A DNA stretch of 64,000 bases from an uncultured Porticoccus sp. (lineage in GTDB: Bacteria > Pseudomonadota > Gammaproteobacteria > Pseudomonadales > Porticoccaceae). Below, piece after piece: positions 1-10,695 of this stretch (position 1 is its first letter; each line of letters opens with the position of its first letter). A program made the translations under genes and the position numbers. The notes beneath the pieces are model-generated. The model had not been told where the DNA came from. It saw nothing but the letters and a program-made list of their open reading frames with translations, and did not search any database. The stretch lies in NCBI GenBank assembly GCA_963925605.1, contig CAWURY010000002.1, positions 583 to 64,582 of the forward strand. The letters are read 5' to 3'.

Positions 1-1223
1 TCACCAGAAACCATAAAGTTAGTGGACTTCATGTCTCCGTGGCTAACTCGACTATTCCATAAAGTGTCAAACAAATGGAGTACCGCTTGGCCTAACCAAT
101 TGGATATTTTATCGTCCTTTGAAGTGAGCAGCCATGCATGGAGATCTTTACCATCTAGAAATTCAGTAATCAGATATGCCTCTCTCCGAAAAGGCCCATT
201 CCTATTTTCTCGCATGGCTATAGGTCGCGGGGTAGAAATTCCCAATAATGCTAAGCGATGAGCAGCTTGCCAGGAAACGCAAGCTCTACTTGGGCGCCAA
301 CAACGACTTAATTTGTGCCAAAAACCCTTGATGTTATAGCGTTTTATTACCCAATTACACTCATCAGCAGCAATCTTAAGAACTGTGGCGCTATTGCCAC
401 GTTTAATAAATTTAGCCTGACCTATGGCTATTTCTGGCTCATCAATTAACTGCCTGAGGTTTTTAGTCAAAAAACTTCTTTCTGCAACAGCAAAAAAATA
501 CCTTGTCTTAAATATTCGAAATTTTGTACAAGAGCGCAGGGTCTTGTCTAAATAGCGCTTAATGCGAATCTCTCTCATATTTCTTATTGCAGGCAAGAGA
601 TCCTCTGTCAAAGGTAAATCCGAATTATATGAATCAACAACAGAATGAGCCATATGGTCATAATCAGGCGTCATTTGTGCAAAAAAGAGTGACAGATTGT
701 CTATTGGGGTACTTAATTTCTTAATGCCACCTCCATCAACCATATAAATTTTTTCCTGTCTAACCATAAGGTTGCTGAAATGAATATCTTCCTGCATCAA
801 GTCATTTCGATGCAACATGGCAATTAATTTTACAGCATCGCAAAGCAATGGAAGAAACTGTTTTTTAGAAAGGCTCTGGTAATAATCCTGCAGAGTGGAG
901 GCTTCAGACAGGAATTCAGTGGCAATAAAATAGCCTTGCTCTGTATCCACCATACTCCACATTTTCTTTGGGCAAAGCACTCCAACACGATGCATGGCGT
1001 CTAGCCCGGCTTGCTCAGTCTCAAAATCTTTGCGCTGAAAGAACAGCTTAACCAAGACCTCTGTCCCGCCCCATCGAGAACGAAAAACCAATCGCTTACC
1101 AGGCAAATGTCTGAAAATTTCCTCACAAACAAAAGGATCTCTTCCCAGAAATTCTAGCTCAAAAGGAGTCGTTTCCTCACTTTTTGTCGATTTAAGGTAA
1201 TCAAGGGATAGCAATTTAGGCAC
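1..1223 (-). CDS. LPS core kinase (Kdo/WaaP/InaA family, tandem kinase domains); partial, runs off left edge
   Basis: Not in the ORF track because there is no stop in the window. Manual translation from GTG 1223 (or 1226): MPKLLSLDYLK...RHLPGKRLVF...LHRNDLMQEDIHFSNLMV...DGGG, with a second domain ...IKRYNIKGFWH...RPSRA...HGDMKSTNF. Lies downstream of waaP as in the Pseudomonas core cluster. Confidence 0.85.
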   Translation of the reverse strand, partial: MPKLLSLDYLKSTKSEETTPFELEFLGRDPFVCEEIFRHLPGKRLVFRSRWGGTEVLVKLFFQRKDFETEQAGLDAMHRVGVLCPKKMWSMVDTEQGYFIATEFLSEASTLQDYYQSLSKKQFLPLLCDAVKLIAMLHRNDLMQEDIHFSNLMVRQEKIYMVDGGGIKKLSTPIDNLSLFFAQMTPDYDHMAHSVVDSYNSDLPLTEDLLPAIRNMREIRIKRYLDKTLRSCTKFRIFKTRYFFAVAERSFLTKNLRQLIDEPEIAIGQAKFIKRGNSATVLKIAADECNWVIKRYNIKGFWHKLSRCWRPSRACVSWQAAHRLALLGISTPRPIAMRENRNGPFRREAYLITEFLDGKDLHAWLLTSKDDKISNWLGQAVLHLFDTLWNSRVSHGDMKSTNFMVSG

Positions 1224-1283
1224 CACTTACCCCCCCAGAACAGAGCATTACAAAACAATAGCCATCGATACTGATACTAAGTT

Positions 1284-2099
1284 TCAACTATGATAACCCT
1301 TTCTAACACCCTTCTGATGAAGATTTTTAGCTTGAAGAGCGATAGATTCCCAAAAGTTGCAGTCATCTTGCAGGGCCTCCCTCAAAGATTTTTCTTTATA
1401 TTCTCGAATAAAGCAAAGCATATCTTTTCGATCAAATCCTATACGATTTGCTGAATAATAAAGAGCCGACAAATCTTTATGCCTCCAACGCCTAGGGGCA
1501 CGTTGACGAATTTGTGCACGATGAAGGTCAATCAAAGAAATTGGCCTCTCAACAAAAGAATCCTTTGAATGGCGCTCAGAGATATCAACCAAGAAATGAC
1601 ATAAATAGTAGTCGCGATGATTAATACCATTTTCATGTAGCGCTCGGGTAATTCCTGCAAGCCTTCGGACCAAACTGCGTCGCTGAAATGCCCCCATTTC
1701 AACTAAGGTTGCAGAATTACAGTACTCATCTAAAGGTTTGGTAGGCTCGAGCGCTTCAGTGATTAAGAACGATTTCTTTTTCGCTGGATTCCACCCACTG
1801 GAACCAAAGGCTGTCACTACCATTGTTTTGATTCCCAGCTCACCCAGTCGAACAATCGCTTGGTATTCGTTTTCAGCGCCTAAAATAGGTCTTCGCAAGA
1901 AAAAAAGATTCTTTAAAATTTCGAGCCATCCCACCCCTGTGTGAGTCTTTACAAAGTATGCCTTACCATCCACTTCGAAGCGACTCGTACAGCGATCGCC
2001 CATATCTCGATAAACTTCGCCTGCAAGCAAGAATACCTCTTTGAATGGGTCTCTATTTTCCCACTTTGATGCAAAAGGTTCAGCTAGGGATAGTTTCAT
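1284..2099 (-). CDS. waaP: LPS core heptose(I) kinase
   Basis: GVGWLEILKNL, NHRDYYLCHFL, LIDLHRAQIR and KDLSALYYS motifs. ATG at 2099 overlaps the waaG stop (ATGA). Confidence 0.93.
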   Translation of the reverse strand: MKLSLAEPFASKWENRDPFKEVFLLAGEVYRDMGDRCTSRFEVDGKAYFVKTHTGVGWLEILKNLFFLRRPILGAENEYQAIVRLGELGIKTMVVTAFGSSGWNPAKKKSFLITEALEPTKPLDEYCNSATLVEMGAFQRRSLVRRLAGITRALHENGINHRDYYLCHFLVDISERHSKDSFVERPISLIDLHRAQIRQRAPRRWRHKDLSALYYSANRIGFDRKDMLCFIREYKEKSLREALQDDCNFWESIALQAKNLHQKGVRKGYHS

Positions 2100-3250
2100 T
2101 CGACCCTGTCCGCCCAATTCTTTGCGATCCACTTTTTTTTAATCACTCTATCAATCACATCGGCAGCTCTTGACGGCATATCATAGATATCTGCTTCTTT
2201 AGCAAAATTAATTCCATTTTGGCGCCATTTACGCCTATCTTCCAGTAACATTTCTTCTAACCTGCAATCAAACATATTTTGGGAGTAAGGTGATTCCAGC
2301 AATATCCCAGCTTTTGCTTCTTTTACATAATGGGCATACCCGCAGACGTCTGTTACTAAAACTGGCAGGCCGGCCACCACTGCCTCGAGTATTACTCCCC
2401 CGGTATTCTCGGCATAGGATGGATGCAAAAGAATATCTGCTCCCTGCAGGAACCTGGGGACATCGTTTCGACCAGAAAAAAAAGTAACCCTCTTAGAAAT
2501 TCCCAGACTTTTTGCCAAAGATGCAAATTCTTTAGGGTCATCCTGACCAATAATATATAGATGCACGCGAGCTATCAGTTGAGAAGGTAAAGTCGAAATT
2601 GCACGTAAACTCCTATCAAGCCCTTTGGTTCGGAACCCCGAACCAATCTGCAGAAGCAAAATATCATCAGCGCCTAAACCAAACTCTTCCCTAAAAGATC
2701 TTCGAATATCAACCGCATTAACTGGAGCACAACGATCACGGCTGATTCCCGGGGGAAGCATCGCCACACGAGATGATTCTGTATCATAAAAATTTTGAAA
2801 TAATTTTTTTTGTATAGGCGAAAACATAAGGATATCTACTTCAGATCCGCGCTCAAAGATAGTCTTTTCAAATTTAGAAAAGTGCCTATAACGACTTGTA
2901 TATGGATACCACCAAGGACGTAAATTACGAGCTTTGTGTTCAAAGCAAGGGTCTCCGCAGTAATAAACATCTAAATCTGGCATTTTGTTGAACCCTACCA
3001 TTAGGTCTATAGATTTATTTCTTAAATTTTGCTTAAGCCAAACAGAGAACTTTTGATACTTTCTGATACTGCTAATAGCATTTATTCGAACGATCACTAT
3101 TTCTAGAAAATCTGGCCGCTCTCCCTGCCAAGCCATTGTATATACGATAACCTTATGTCCTCGGTCAACGGATTCTTTAGCAATTTTAAGAAAATTCCTT
3201 TGCATACCCCCAAAAGGAAAATACTTATACAGGCAAAATGCCAGCTTCAT
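2096..3250 (-). CDS. waaG: LPS core glucosyltransferase I (GT4)
   Basis: MKLAFCLYKYFPFGGMQR start, GSGFRTKGLDR, HPSYAENTGGVILEA; position in the waa operon. Confidence 0.93.
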   Translation of the reverse strand: MKLAFCLYKYFPFGGMQRNFLKIAKESVDRGHKVIVYTMAWQGERPDFLEIVIVRINAISSIRKYQKFSVWLKQNLRNKSIDLMVGFNKMPDLDVYYCGDPCFEHKARNLRPWWYPYTSRYRHFSKFEKTIFERGSEVDILMFSPIQKKLFQNFYDTESSRVAMLPPGISRDRCAPVNAVDIRRSFREEFGLGADDILLLQIGSGFRTKGLDRSLRAISTLPSQLIARVHLYIIGQDDPKEFASLAKSLGISKRVTFFSGRNDVPRFLQGADILLHPSYAENTGGVILEAVVAGLPVLVTDVCGYAHYVKEAKAGILLESPYSQNMFDCRLEEMLLEDRRKWRQNGINFAKEADIYDMPSRAADVIDRVIKKKWIAKNWADRVE

Positions 3251-4308
3251 TCGCCAAACTCCTTTGTCTGACTCACAATACTGACTGTTTCTGGGAAAAT
3301 AGATTTTTCTATCAATCCAGCAAATTCGTCAAACACCCTTGTTGCTGTCAGCTCCCCAAAACAAGGTGCCGCCTGATTTAAACTTAAGGGATATAAGCAT
3401 TTTCGAGACATACAAGGAACACATTTAAATTCCGAAGCTAAGTTTTTCTGATTGAGACCATAGAATCCTGTAAAAAATGGGTTCGTTGGCCCAAAAATAG
3501 CTAAAGTGGGGGTATTCACGGCAACAGCCAAATGCCCCAACCCTGTATCTACAGAGATACATCCAGCTGATGCCGAAAGGGTTGAAGCTATTTCTGTAAG
3601 AGACATTCTAGGTAGAACTTTAGCCCCAGATGCTTGAGAAATCCTTTCTGCGCGCTGCCTTTCTATCTCATCACCCCAGGGCAAGCAAACTCGATAACCT
3701 GCATCTATAAGCATGCCGCTTAACTTGATCCATGATGCTTCAGACCAATGCTTGGATGCCCAGGTAGTTCCGTGGAGCAAAACAACAGATTGCTGCCTTT
3801 CTAATTCAAAAGAAAGATTATATTTTCCCAACCCAGAATTCAGCGAATATCCTAATGACTTAGAAAATAAAAGCCGAGTCCGCTCCACAGCATGCAAGTT
3901 TTTAGGCACACTAACGGGGTGGTGATAAAAATTTGATGCTAGCGGTTCCCTAGCAGAATATTTATCAAAACCATATATTTGGCCATTTGCATACTTGGCA
4001 AGCCAGGCACTTTTCAATAAGCCTTGCGCATCAATTATTGCATCATAACGCTGAAGGCTCATTTTTCTCTTAAACTCTGCCCACTCTGAAGAATACCAAA
4101 ATCTGAAGGGGTTTTTACGCCACCTTCTTAATGCAACTGGGATGATCTGATTAACTTTAGAATTCCAACCAGGGATCTCAGAAAAGTTCTCCTCCACGAC
4201 CCAGTCAAATGTAATATCTGGGATAGCAGAAATAGCATCATTAACAGCTGGGAGCGTATGGATAACATCACCCAAAGATGAAGTTTTTATCACCAATACT
4301 CTTGTCAT
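3247..4308 (-). CDS. waaC: Heptosyltransferase I
   Basis: RVLVIKTSSLGDVIHTLPA, DAQGLLKSA, VDTGLGHLA. Confidence 0.95.
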   Translation of the reverse strand: MTRVLVIKTSSLGDVIHTLPAVNDAISAIPDITFDWVVEENFSEIPGWNSKVNQIIPVALRRWRKNPFRFWYSSEWAEFKRKMSLQRYDAIIDAQGLLKSAWLAKYANGQIYGFDKYSAREPLASNFYHHPVSVPKNLHAVERTRLLFSKSLGYSLNSGLGKYNLSFELERQQSVVLLHGTTWASKHWSEASWIKLSGMLIDAGYRVCLPWGDEIERQRAERISQASGAKVLPRMSLTEIASTLSASAGCISVDTGLGHLAVAVNTPTLAIFGPTNPFFTGFYGLNQKNLASEFKCVPCMSRKCLYPLSLNQAAPCFGELTATRVFDEFAGLIEKSIFPETVSIVSQTKEFGE

Positions 4309-5375
4309 TGACTGGGAACCAGCTGTGATAACTCTGAAATTACCTTGGTCGGAGATAAGTCATTAAGACACTTCATGCTCTTAATTGGACATTTTCTCTG
4401 AAAGCAAGGCCCACAGTCCACAGGAACAGATAACATAACTGTTTGATTTCCCAAAGGTGGGGTAAACTTTGGAGAAGTGGATCCATATACTACCACCAAA
4501 GGTCGACCTAGGGCGGCAGCTATATGCATTAGCCCTGAATCGTTGCTCACCACGGCATCAGCAATGGAGAGTAAGTCAATCGCATCGCCTAATTTTGTGG
4601 CGCCAGCCAAGTTATAGCTATGTTCGCGATAATTGAATGGCAGTTTGTCGATAATTTTTTGGCCCACCTGCTTGTCTTTCTCAGAACCTAGTAGCCAAAC
4701 CTGCCAGCCTTCAGCTATCTTGTTAGCTGCCACTTCCGCGTAATACTCTTCAGGCCATTGCTTAGCAGGCCCAAATTCCGCCCCTGGGCACAGGGCTAAA
4801 ACTTTTCTCCCGCCCAGCAAACTCAAGCGGGCCAAAAGCGCTGTCGTATTTTGACTATCCGCACTCAAAGCTGGCAGTGGTAAGTTTTCCGGTAACTCTG
4901 CATTCTTGTGTAAAGCAAGCGCAGCAAAACGTTGCACCATTAGAGGATAAGCACTCTTGTCCAAATGACGAAGATCACTCAACAAACCATAGCGCATTTC
5001 ACCTTTCCAGCCAGTTCTATATGGAATTTTGGCAAACCAGGGAATTAATGCAGACTTCATTGAATTAGGCAGGATGATCGCCTGAGTGTAATTTTCTAAG
5101 CGCAACTCAAGTCCAATTTTGCGTCGATCAGCCCACATAACACTTCCGTGCCTAATAGGCATGTCGATCGCTCGGCGTACTTCCGGCATACGATCTAATA
5201 TTGGGCGACTCCAGTTCGGAGCCAACACATCAATTAATACGCTTGGGTCTTGCTGTCTAAGTAGCATAAACAGCGACTGCGCCATCACCATGTCGCCCAC
5301 CCATGATGGCCCAACAACCAATACTTTTTTCCCTATTGCTTGATTTTTTGGTGCCATATTTTTACTAGCTGTCAT
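4305..5375 (-). CDS. waaF: Heptosyltransferase II
   Basis: VGPSWVGDMVMAQ, LCPGAEFGPAKQWP, NDSGLMH. Start moved to ATG 5375 (5357 also possible) to avoid overlap with ilvE. Confidence 0.95.
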   Translation of the reverse strand: MTASKNMAPKNQAIGKKVLVVGPSWVGDMVMAQSLFMLLRQQDPSVLIDVLAPNWSRPILDRMPEVRRAIDMPIRHGSVMWADRRKIGLELRLENYTQAIILPNSMKSALIPWFAKIPYRTGWKGEMRYGLLSDLRHLDKSAYPLMVQRFAALALHKNAELPENLPLPALSADSQNTTALLARLSLLGGRKVLALCPGAEFGPAKQWPEEYYAEVAANKIAEGWQVWLLGSEKDKQVGQKIIDKLPFNYREHSYNLAGATKLGDAIDLLSIADAVVSNDSGLMHIAAALGRPLVVVYGSTSPKFTPPLGNQTVMLSVPVDCGPCFQRKCPIKSMKCLNDLSPTKVISELSQLVPSQ

Positions 5376-5392
5376 GGGTTTTCTGGGAAATT

Positions 5393-6328
5393 CTACGGTT
5401 GCTCTCCCACAGGGGCAAGCCAACCCAAATGTTTGGCTATTCGGCCTCGAACCAAATCAAAATACTGCGACTGCATAAGTGTTGTGACGGGGCCCCGATG
5501 TCCCACACCCAAAATTCGACCATCCAGTTCCCTAATAGGAAGCACTTCTGCAGCCGTACCTGTAAAGAATGCCTCGTCTGCAATATACACCTCATCCCGG
5601 GTGATACGCTTTTCGATAACTTTATAGCCAGCTTCTTCCGCCAGCTGCATGACAGTTTTACGCGTTATTCCATCAAGACAAGCACTGAGCTCTGGGGTAT
5701 AAACAATTCCGTTCTTAACAATAAAAACGTTTTCACCACTGCCTTCAGCAATAAATCCCTCAACATCTAACATTAGGGCTTCTTCGCAGCCGCATTCTAA
5801 GGCTTCCCTTAATGCCAGCATGGAGTTGATGTAGTTACCATTAGCCTTTGCTTTTGTCATAGCAATATTTGGATGATGCCGGTTATATGAAGATGTGCGG
5901 ACTTTAATGCCCTGCTCCAATGCTTCAGGAGACATGTATGATGGCCAATCCCAAGCTGCAATTATTACATGAACTTTCAGTCCTTCTGCACGCAAACCCA
6001 TTCCCTCAGAACCAAGAAATACCATAGGGCGCAAATATGCCTGATGTAGCGCATTTTCACGAACTACCAGTTTGTGGGCTTCGTTTAACTGCTCCTTAGT
6101 ATAAGGTATATTGATGTTTAAAATTTTTGCCGATCCATACAATCGATCAGTGTGGTCTTGCAGGCGAAAAATGGCGGCACCCTGTTCTTCAGTTTCATAG
6201 GCTCGAACGCCCTCAAAAACCCCTAAACCATAATGAAGTGTGTGGGTTAAAACGTGTACTTTAGCATCACGCCAAGGAACCATGTCACCATCAAACCAAA
6301 TCCAACCATCTCTATCGGCAAATGACAT
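5393..6328 (-). CDS. ilvE: Branched-chain amino acid aminotransferase
   Basis: HVLTHTLHYGLGVFEGVRAY, AKANGNYINS, EGSGEN, GITR, TGTAAEV. Confidence 0.96.
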   Translation of the reverse strand: MSFADRDGWIWFDGDMVPWRDAKVHVLTHTLHYGLGVFEGVRAYETEEQGAAIFRLQDHTDRLYGSAKILNINIPYTKEQLNEAHKLVVRENALHQAYLRPMVFLGSEGMGLRAEGLKVHVIIAAWDWPSYMSPEALEQGIKVRTSSYNRHHPNIAMTKAKANGNYINSMLALREALECGCEEALMLDVEGFIAEGSGENVFIVKNGIVYTPELSACLDGITRKTVMQLAEEAGYKVIEKRITRDEVYIADEAFFTGTAAEVLPIRELDGRILGVGHRGPVTTLMQSQYFDLVRGRIAKHLGWLAPVGEQP

Positions 6329-6631
6329 CTAATACTCCTGCATAAAATATATTTTAACCAAACACGCCTACTACTTACTATATAAGCTTCGAAGATGAAT
6401 TATAGCCTTCAACAATGCTCATAACAAAGCTGTAGTGTTATGAAAAAAAAATTTTACAATAATGTTTATTTGAGTAAAGGTATTTTAAATTTTAAATTGG
6501 CTAATCTGGCCGCTGTTGTTTATGACCTACATTATTTATAATGGGGTCAATTGCTTGTATTTTGATACATTTTCAGGCGCCCAAAAAAGAACTCCATAAA
6601 AGCTAACCATCAAATAGGCGAAGTAGGCACA

Positions 6632-7936
6632 GTGACCGAGCACGTGAAATTCCTCCGCGACACAGCCCCTTATATAAACGCTCATAGGGGTAAAACTTTT
6701 GTGCTAGCCTTTAGCGGAGAGGCGGTAGCTCATGAAAATTTTGCCAACATCATTCTTGATATTGCTTTGCTGCATAGTCTTGGAATTAAGCTTGTGTTAG
6801 TACATGGAGCTAAATTTCAATTAAACGCCCGCCTAGAAACTTCCGGCCTCAATAAAAGATCCAACAAACAAGTTGATGTTACCGACTCTACTGTTATGTC
6901 CTACCTGAAGGATGCAGTGGGGAGTTTAAGGATCAGTATCGAGGCAATGCTCTCTATCGGGGCGGTAAATTCCCCTATGCATGGCTCACGAATACAAGTT
7001 GCAAGCGGTAATTTTATTACTGCAAAGCCAATAGGTATAAGGAATGGCTTGGACTTCCAATATGCCGGTGAAGTTCGAAGGGTCCATGAGATAATTATTC
7101 AAAAGCAACTTAACGATGATGCTATCGTACTGCTTTCACCGATTGGTTATTCGCCTACAGGAGAAATATTTAATCTAAGCTATGAAGACGTAGCAGCAAA
7201 AACTGCTATTGCTCTAGATGCAGAAAAATTAATCATGTTCTGTCAAAACGAAGGTATTTTCGATCATCGCGGGGAGCTATTAAAAACCTTGTCTCTCAGT
7301 GAGGTATTAGATCATCTGAATCAAAAAAATAAAGACTCGGAACAGCAATATTCACTTAAGGCATGCTATCAAGCCTGCGAAAATAGCATCAGTCGTAGTC
7401 ATATTATCAGCTATGCCTCTAACGGGGCGCTTTTAGAAGAGCTTTTCACTCGCGATGGCAGAGGCACTTTAATTTTAAAAAATAGCAACGAAATTATTCG
7501 GCAAGCGACGATAGATGATATCGGAGGGCTTCTAAGATTAATTGCACCCCAAGAAAAAAAAGGGGTTTTAGTAAAGCGGTCTCGGGAGCTATTAGAGTTA
7601 GAGATTGCAAAATTTTCCATAATAGAACACACAGAAGGCACTATTATATGCTGCTGCGCCCTCTATCCTTTAGAGGATGGGGTTTCGGCAGAAATAGCAT
7701 GCGTTGTAACACACCCTGAGTTTGTGAACCAAGGCCACGCTACCCGGTTATTAGAGTCTATAGAAAAGAAGGCTTCTAAGATGAAACTCAATCAATTGTT
7801 TGTCCTTACTGCTCAGGCTAGTCACTGGTTTATGGAAAAAGGCTTTACTGTCTCTTCTTTAGAAGAGCTGCCCATAAAACGCCAGTCTCTTTATAATCTC
7901 CAAAGAAACTCTAAGGTTTTCTGCAAAAAACTATGA
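6632..7936 (+). CDS. argA: N-acetylglutamate synthase
   Basis: APYINAHRGKTFV, LVHGA, GYSPTGEIFNL, ELFTRDG, C-terminal GNAT domain ending YNLQRNSK. Confidence 0.95.
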   Translation: MTEHVKFLRDTAPYINAHRGKTFVLAFSGEAVAHENFANIILDIALLHSLGIKLVLVHGAKFQLNARLETSGLNKRSNKQVDVTDSTVMSYLKDAVGSLRISIEAMLSIGAVNSPMHGSRIQVASGNFITAKPIGIRNGLDFQYAGEVRRVHEIIIQKQLNDDAIVLLSPIGYSPTGEIFNLSYEDVAAKTAIALDAEKLIMFCQNEGIFDHRGELLKTLSLSEVLDHLNQKNKDSEQQYSLKACYQACENSISRSHIISYASNGALLEELFTRDGRGTLILKNSNEIIRQATIDDIGGLLRLIAPQEKKGVLVKRSRELLELEIAKFSIIEHTEGTIICCCALYPLEDGVSAEIACVVTHPEFVNQGHATRLLESIEKKASKMKLNQLFVLTAQASHWFMEKGFTVSSLEELPIKRQSLYNLQRNSKVFCKKL

Positions 7937-8048
7937 AATTACTGACCCCTTCCGCTCCTCTCTGTTGCTATTAAGCTCTTTATTTATGGTGTAGCCATTA
8001 TTTTTCACCACACAAATACTTAAATGATACATATAAGAGGTTTGTACG

Positions 8049-8450
8049 ATGCTCGCATATCGTTCACATACCACCACTCAGGTTGAAAACATGGTGGGCG
8101 CGTTATGGCGAGCTACCGGAATGAAAGATGATTGTTTCCATAAGCCAACTGTTGCGACCGCTAATTCCTTTACCCAGCTTGTCCTCGGACATTTGCACCT
8201 AAAGAATGCGGGGGTAACTAGTCATCGACGAAATAGCAAAAGCTGGGGGTGTCGGCAGAGAATTTAATACGATTGCTGTAGGCGATGGTTAGCTATGACA
8301 TGTTTACCTCTAACTCCATGAATTGCCTAACAGGCGCTCTTGGACTCTCACTGCCGGGGAAATGACACCACGTTAGCGGCTCATTCCGACAGACGACAAC
8401 TCTTTAAAGAAGCAGACCGACTCATTATTAAGATAAGCAAAAAGTATTAT
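8049..8450 (+). pseudogene. ilvD: Decayed dihydroxy-acid dehydratase remnant
   Basis: IlvD segments in shifting frames: [30 protein letters not shown] / [24 protein letters not shown] / MFTSNSMNCLTGALGLSLPG / NDTTLAAHSDRRQLFKEA..SKKYY. Contains frameshifts, stops, a large internal deletion and a 3' truncation. Confidence 0.92.
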
Positions 8451-8463
8451 TTGCGAACAACCA

Positions 8464-8967
8464 TCAAAATTTTTCTAGTACTTGAAAAAAGTAGGGTATG
8501 TCTCCTTGCTGTTCAGGCTCTTGACGACTTACTTCACGCCAAACCTCTTCATCAAATACAGGAAAAAAAGTATCCCCCTCAAATGAGGCTTGTACTCGGG
8601 TAATATAAAGTCTATCTGCCTGATTGATGGCTGCGCCATATATCTCAGAGCCGCCTATTACCATAACCTCTGGTGTAGATTCATCCATCAATAAAACAAT
8701 AGCCTTTGCTTGATCCAAGGATGAGGCAACCTCAATACCACTAAAAGACCAGTTAGCATTACGAGTAACCACGATGTTCAATCGGCCAGGTAACGGCTTA
8801 CCAATAGAATCAAAAGTTTTTCTGCCCATCACGACAGGCTTTCCCATAGTAACGGATTTAAAATATCTCAATTCTTCTGGCAAGCACCAAGGCAACGTAT
8901 TGTTACAGCCTATAACTCGATTGTTGGCCATAGCTACAATTAGAGAAAATTGCATTTTATCTTTCAT
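8464..8967 (-). CDS. folA: Dihydrofolate reductase
   Basis: IVAMANNRVIG..LPW, MGRKTFDSIGKPLPGR, VIGG, GDTFFP. ATG 8967 overlaps the thyA stop (TAATG). Confidence 0.95.
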   Translation of the reverse strand: MKDKMQFSLIVAMANNRVIGCNNTLPWCLPEELRYFKSVTMGKPVVMGRKTFDSIGKPLPGRLNIVVTRNANWSFSGIEVASSLDQAKAIVLLMDESTPEVMVIGGSEIYGAAINQADRLYITRVQASFEGDTFFPVFDEEVWREVSRQEPEQQGDIPYFFQVLEKF

Positions 8968-9872
8968 TAAACCGCCACCGATGCAGGTATTGCAGACCAA
9001 GGTTCGTAATTCTCGAGCTTAAAATCTTCATATTTAAAATTAAATAAATCTTTGATCGATGAATTAATAACTATATTTGGAGCAGGTCGAGGAACACGAC
9101 TGAGTTGTTCTTCGACCTGCTCCAGATGATTAACATACAGGTGCGCATCTCCAAATGTGTGTACAAAATCTCCAGGCTGTAAGCCTACAACCTGAGCAAT
9201 CATCAACGTCAACAACGTATAAGATGCAATATTAAAAGGCACCCCTAAAAAAACATCAGCACTGCGCTGATAGAGCTGACAAGATAGCCGCCCCTCTGCC
9301 ACATAAAACTGAAATAACGTGTGGCAGGGCGGCAATCCAGACTTGGTCATAGCTGGGATATCTTTGGGATTCCAAGCTGAGACAATTAGCCGTCTAGAAT
9401 CAGGATTTTTTTGAATATCTGAAATGACTCCAGCGAGCTGATCGGCTCCTTCAAAGTTTCTCCATTGGCGGCCATAAACGGGGCCCAGATCACCATATTT
9501 TTTAGAAAATGTGTCATCTTTTCTTATGCGGGCTACAAACTGAGCCATCTCTTCCCTCCATGCTTCTGAGCGTAGAGGAAAATCTTGCTCTTGTTTTGTC
9601 TCCCTTAGCCAATTTTGGAAGGGCCAGTCATTCCAAATATTTACCCCATTTTCTACCAAATACCTGATGTTAGTATCCCCCTGAATAAACCAAAGCAATT
9701 CATGAATAATTGACTTAAGGTGAACTTTTTTAGTAGTAACCAGAGGAAAGCCTTCGCTGAGATCAAATCGCATTTGATAGCCAAAAACACTAAGTGTTCC
9801 TGTTCCTGTTCGGTCGTTTTTTCGAACTCCGGTGTCCTTTATATGTCGGACTAAATCAAGATATTGCTTCAT
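8967..9872 (-). CDS. thyA: Thymidylate synthase (long form)
   Basis: [42 protein letters not shown]. Confidence 0.96.
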   Translation of the reverse strand: MKQYLDLVRHIKDTGVRKNDRTGTGTLSVFGYQMRFDLSEGFPLVTTKKVHLKSIIHELLWFIQGDTNIRYLVENGVNIWNDWPFQNWLRETKQEQDFPLRSEAWREEMAQFVARIRKDDTFSKKYGDLGPVYGRQWRNFEGADQLAGVISDIQKNPDSRRLIVSAWNPKDIPAMTKSGLPPCHTLFQFYVAEGRLSCQLYQRSADVFLGVPFNIASYTLLTLMIAQVVGLQPGDFVHTFGDAHLYVNHLEQVEEQLSRVPRPAPNIVINSSIKDLFNFKYEDFKLENYEPWSAIPASVAV

Positions 9873-9873
9873 T

Positions 9874-10695
9874 TCACCCCCGGTCTCTTTTATCGACCAA
9901 TTTCCTATTAAGATTAGCGCTAAAATAAGCACATATAATAAGTATTATACCAATGCATATCATAGGCAAGCTCAATAACTGGCCTCTTGTCATCCACCCA
10001 AATAAGTCAAAACCAATAGCAATGTCTGGCTCTCGAAACCACTCAACGATAAATCTAAAACTACCGTAGAGCGACAAGAACAAGCCACTTAAAGCACCCA
10101 TCGGTCGGGGTTTTCGTGAGACGACAATCAACACAATGTAGAGCAGTAGGCCCTCCAAAAAGCACTCATAGAGCTGGGAAGGATGTCTTAATAGCTGGTA
10201 AGGGTCATTGGGAAATATGATTCCTGCCCAAGAATCAGTTGGTCTGCCCCAAAGCTCCTGGCCCATAAAATTACCTATACGGCCTAAACCGAGACCTATC
10301 GGGACCAAGGGTGTCACGAAATCACCTAAGGCTAAAAAAGACTTATTTATTTTTCGGCTATACCACCAAAGTGTCAACAAAACACCCAGCAATCCGCCAT
10401 GAAAAGACATGCCTCCCTCCCAGATACGCAACAACCATAGAGGGTCCAAAAGCCATTGTTCAAAATTATAAAACACTACATAACCAAAACGACCACCAAA
10501 TATTACCCCGAAGGCACTACAAATAATTAAATCTTCTATTTGATGTTTACGTATAGGCGACCAACTCGACTGGCTGCGAAAAAGTGCAATTCTCCAAGCC
10601 ACAAAAAAACCAAGCAAGTACATTAACCCATACCAATGAACTTTTAGGGGTCCAAGGGAAAAAATAATAGGATCGATTTCTGGATAAGTTAGCAT
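9874..10695 (-). CDS. lgt: Prolipoprotein diacylglyceryl transferase
   Basis: [36 protein letters not shown]. Confidence 0.96.
   Translation of the reverse strand: MLTYPEIDPIIFSLGPLKVHWYGLMYLLGFFVAWRIALFRSQSSWSPIRKHQIEDLIICSAFGVIFGGRFGYVVFYNFEQWLLDPLWLLRIWEGGMSFHGGLLGVLLTLWWYSRKINKSFLALGDFVTPLVPIGLGLGRIGNFMGQELWGRPTDSWAGIIFPNDPYQLLRHPSQLYECFLEGLLLYIVLIVVSRKPRPMGALSGLFLSLYGSFRFIVEWFREPDIAIGFDLFGWMTRGQLLSLPMICIGIILIICAYFSANLNRKLVDKRDRG

Noticed and set aside
8340-8603. 87-aa ORF treated as an independent gene
   Set aside because: Its only meaningful part is the last ilvD fragment; the rest is antisense to folA.
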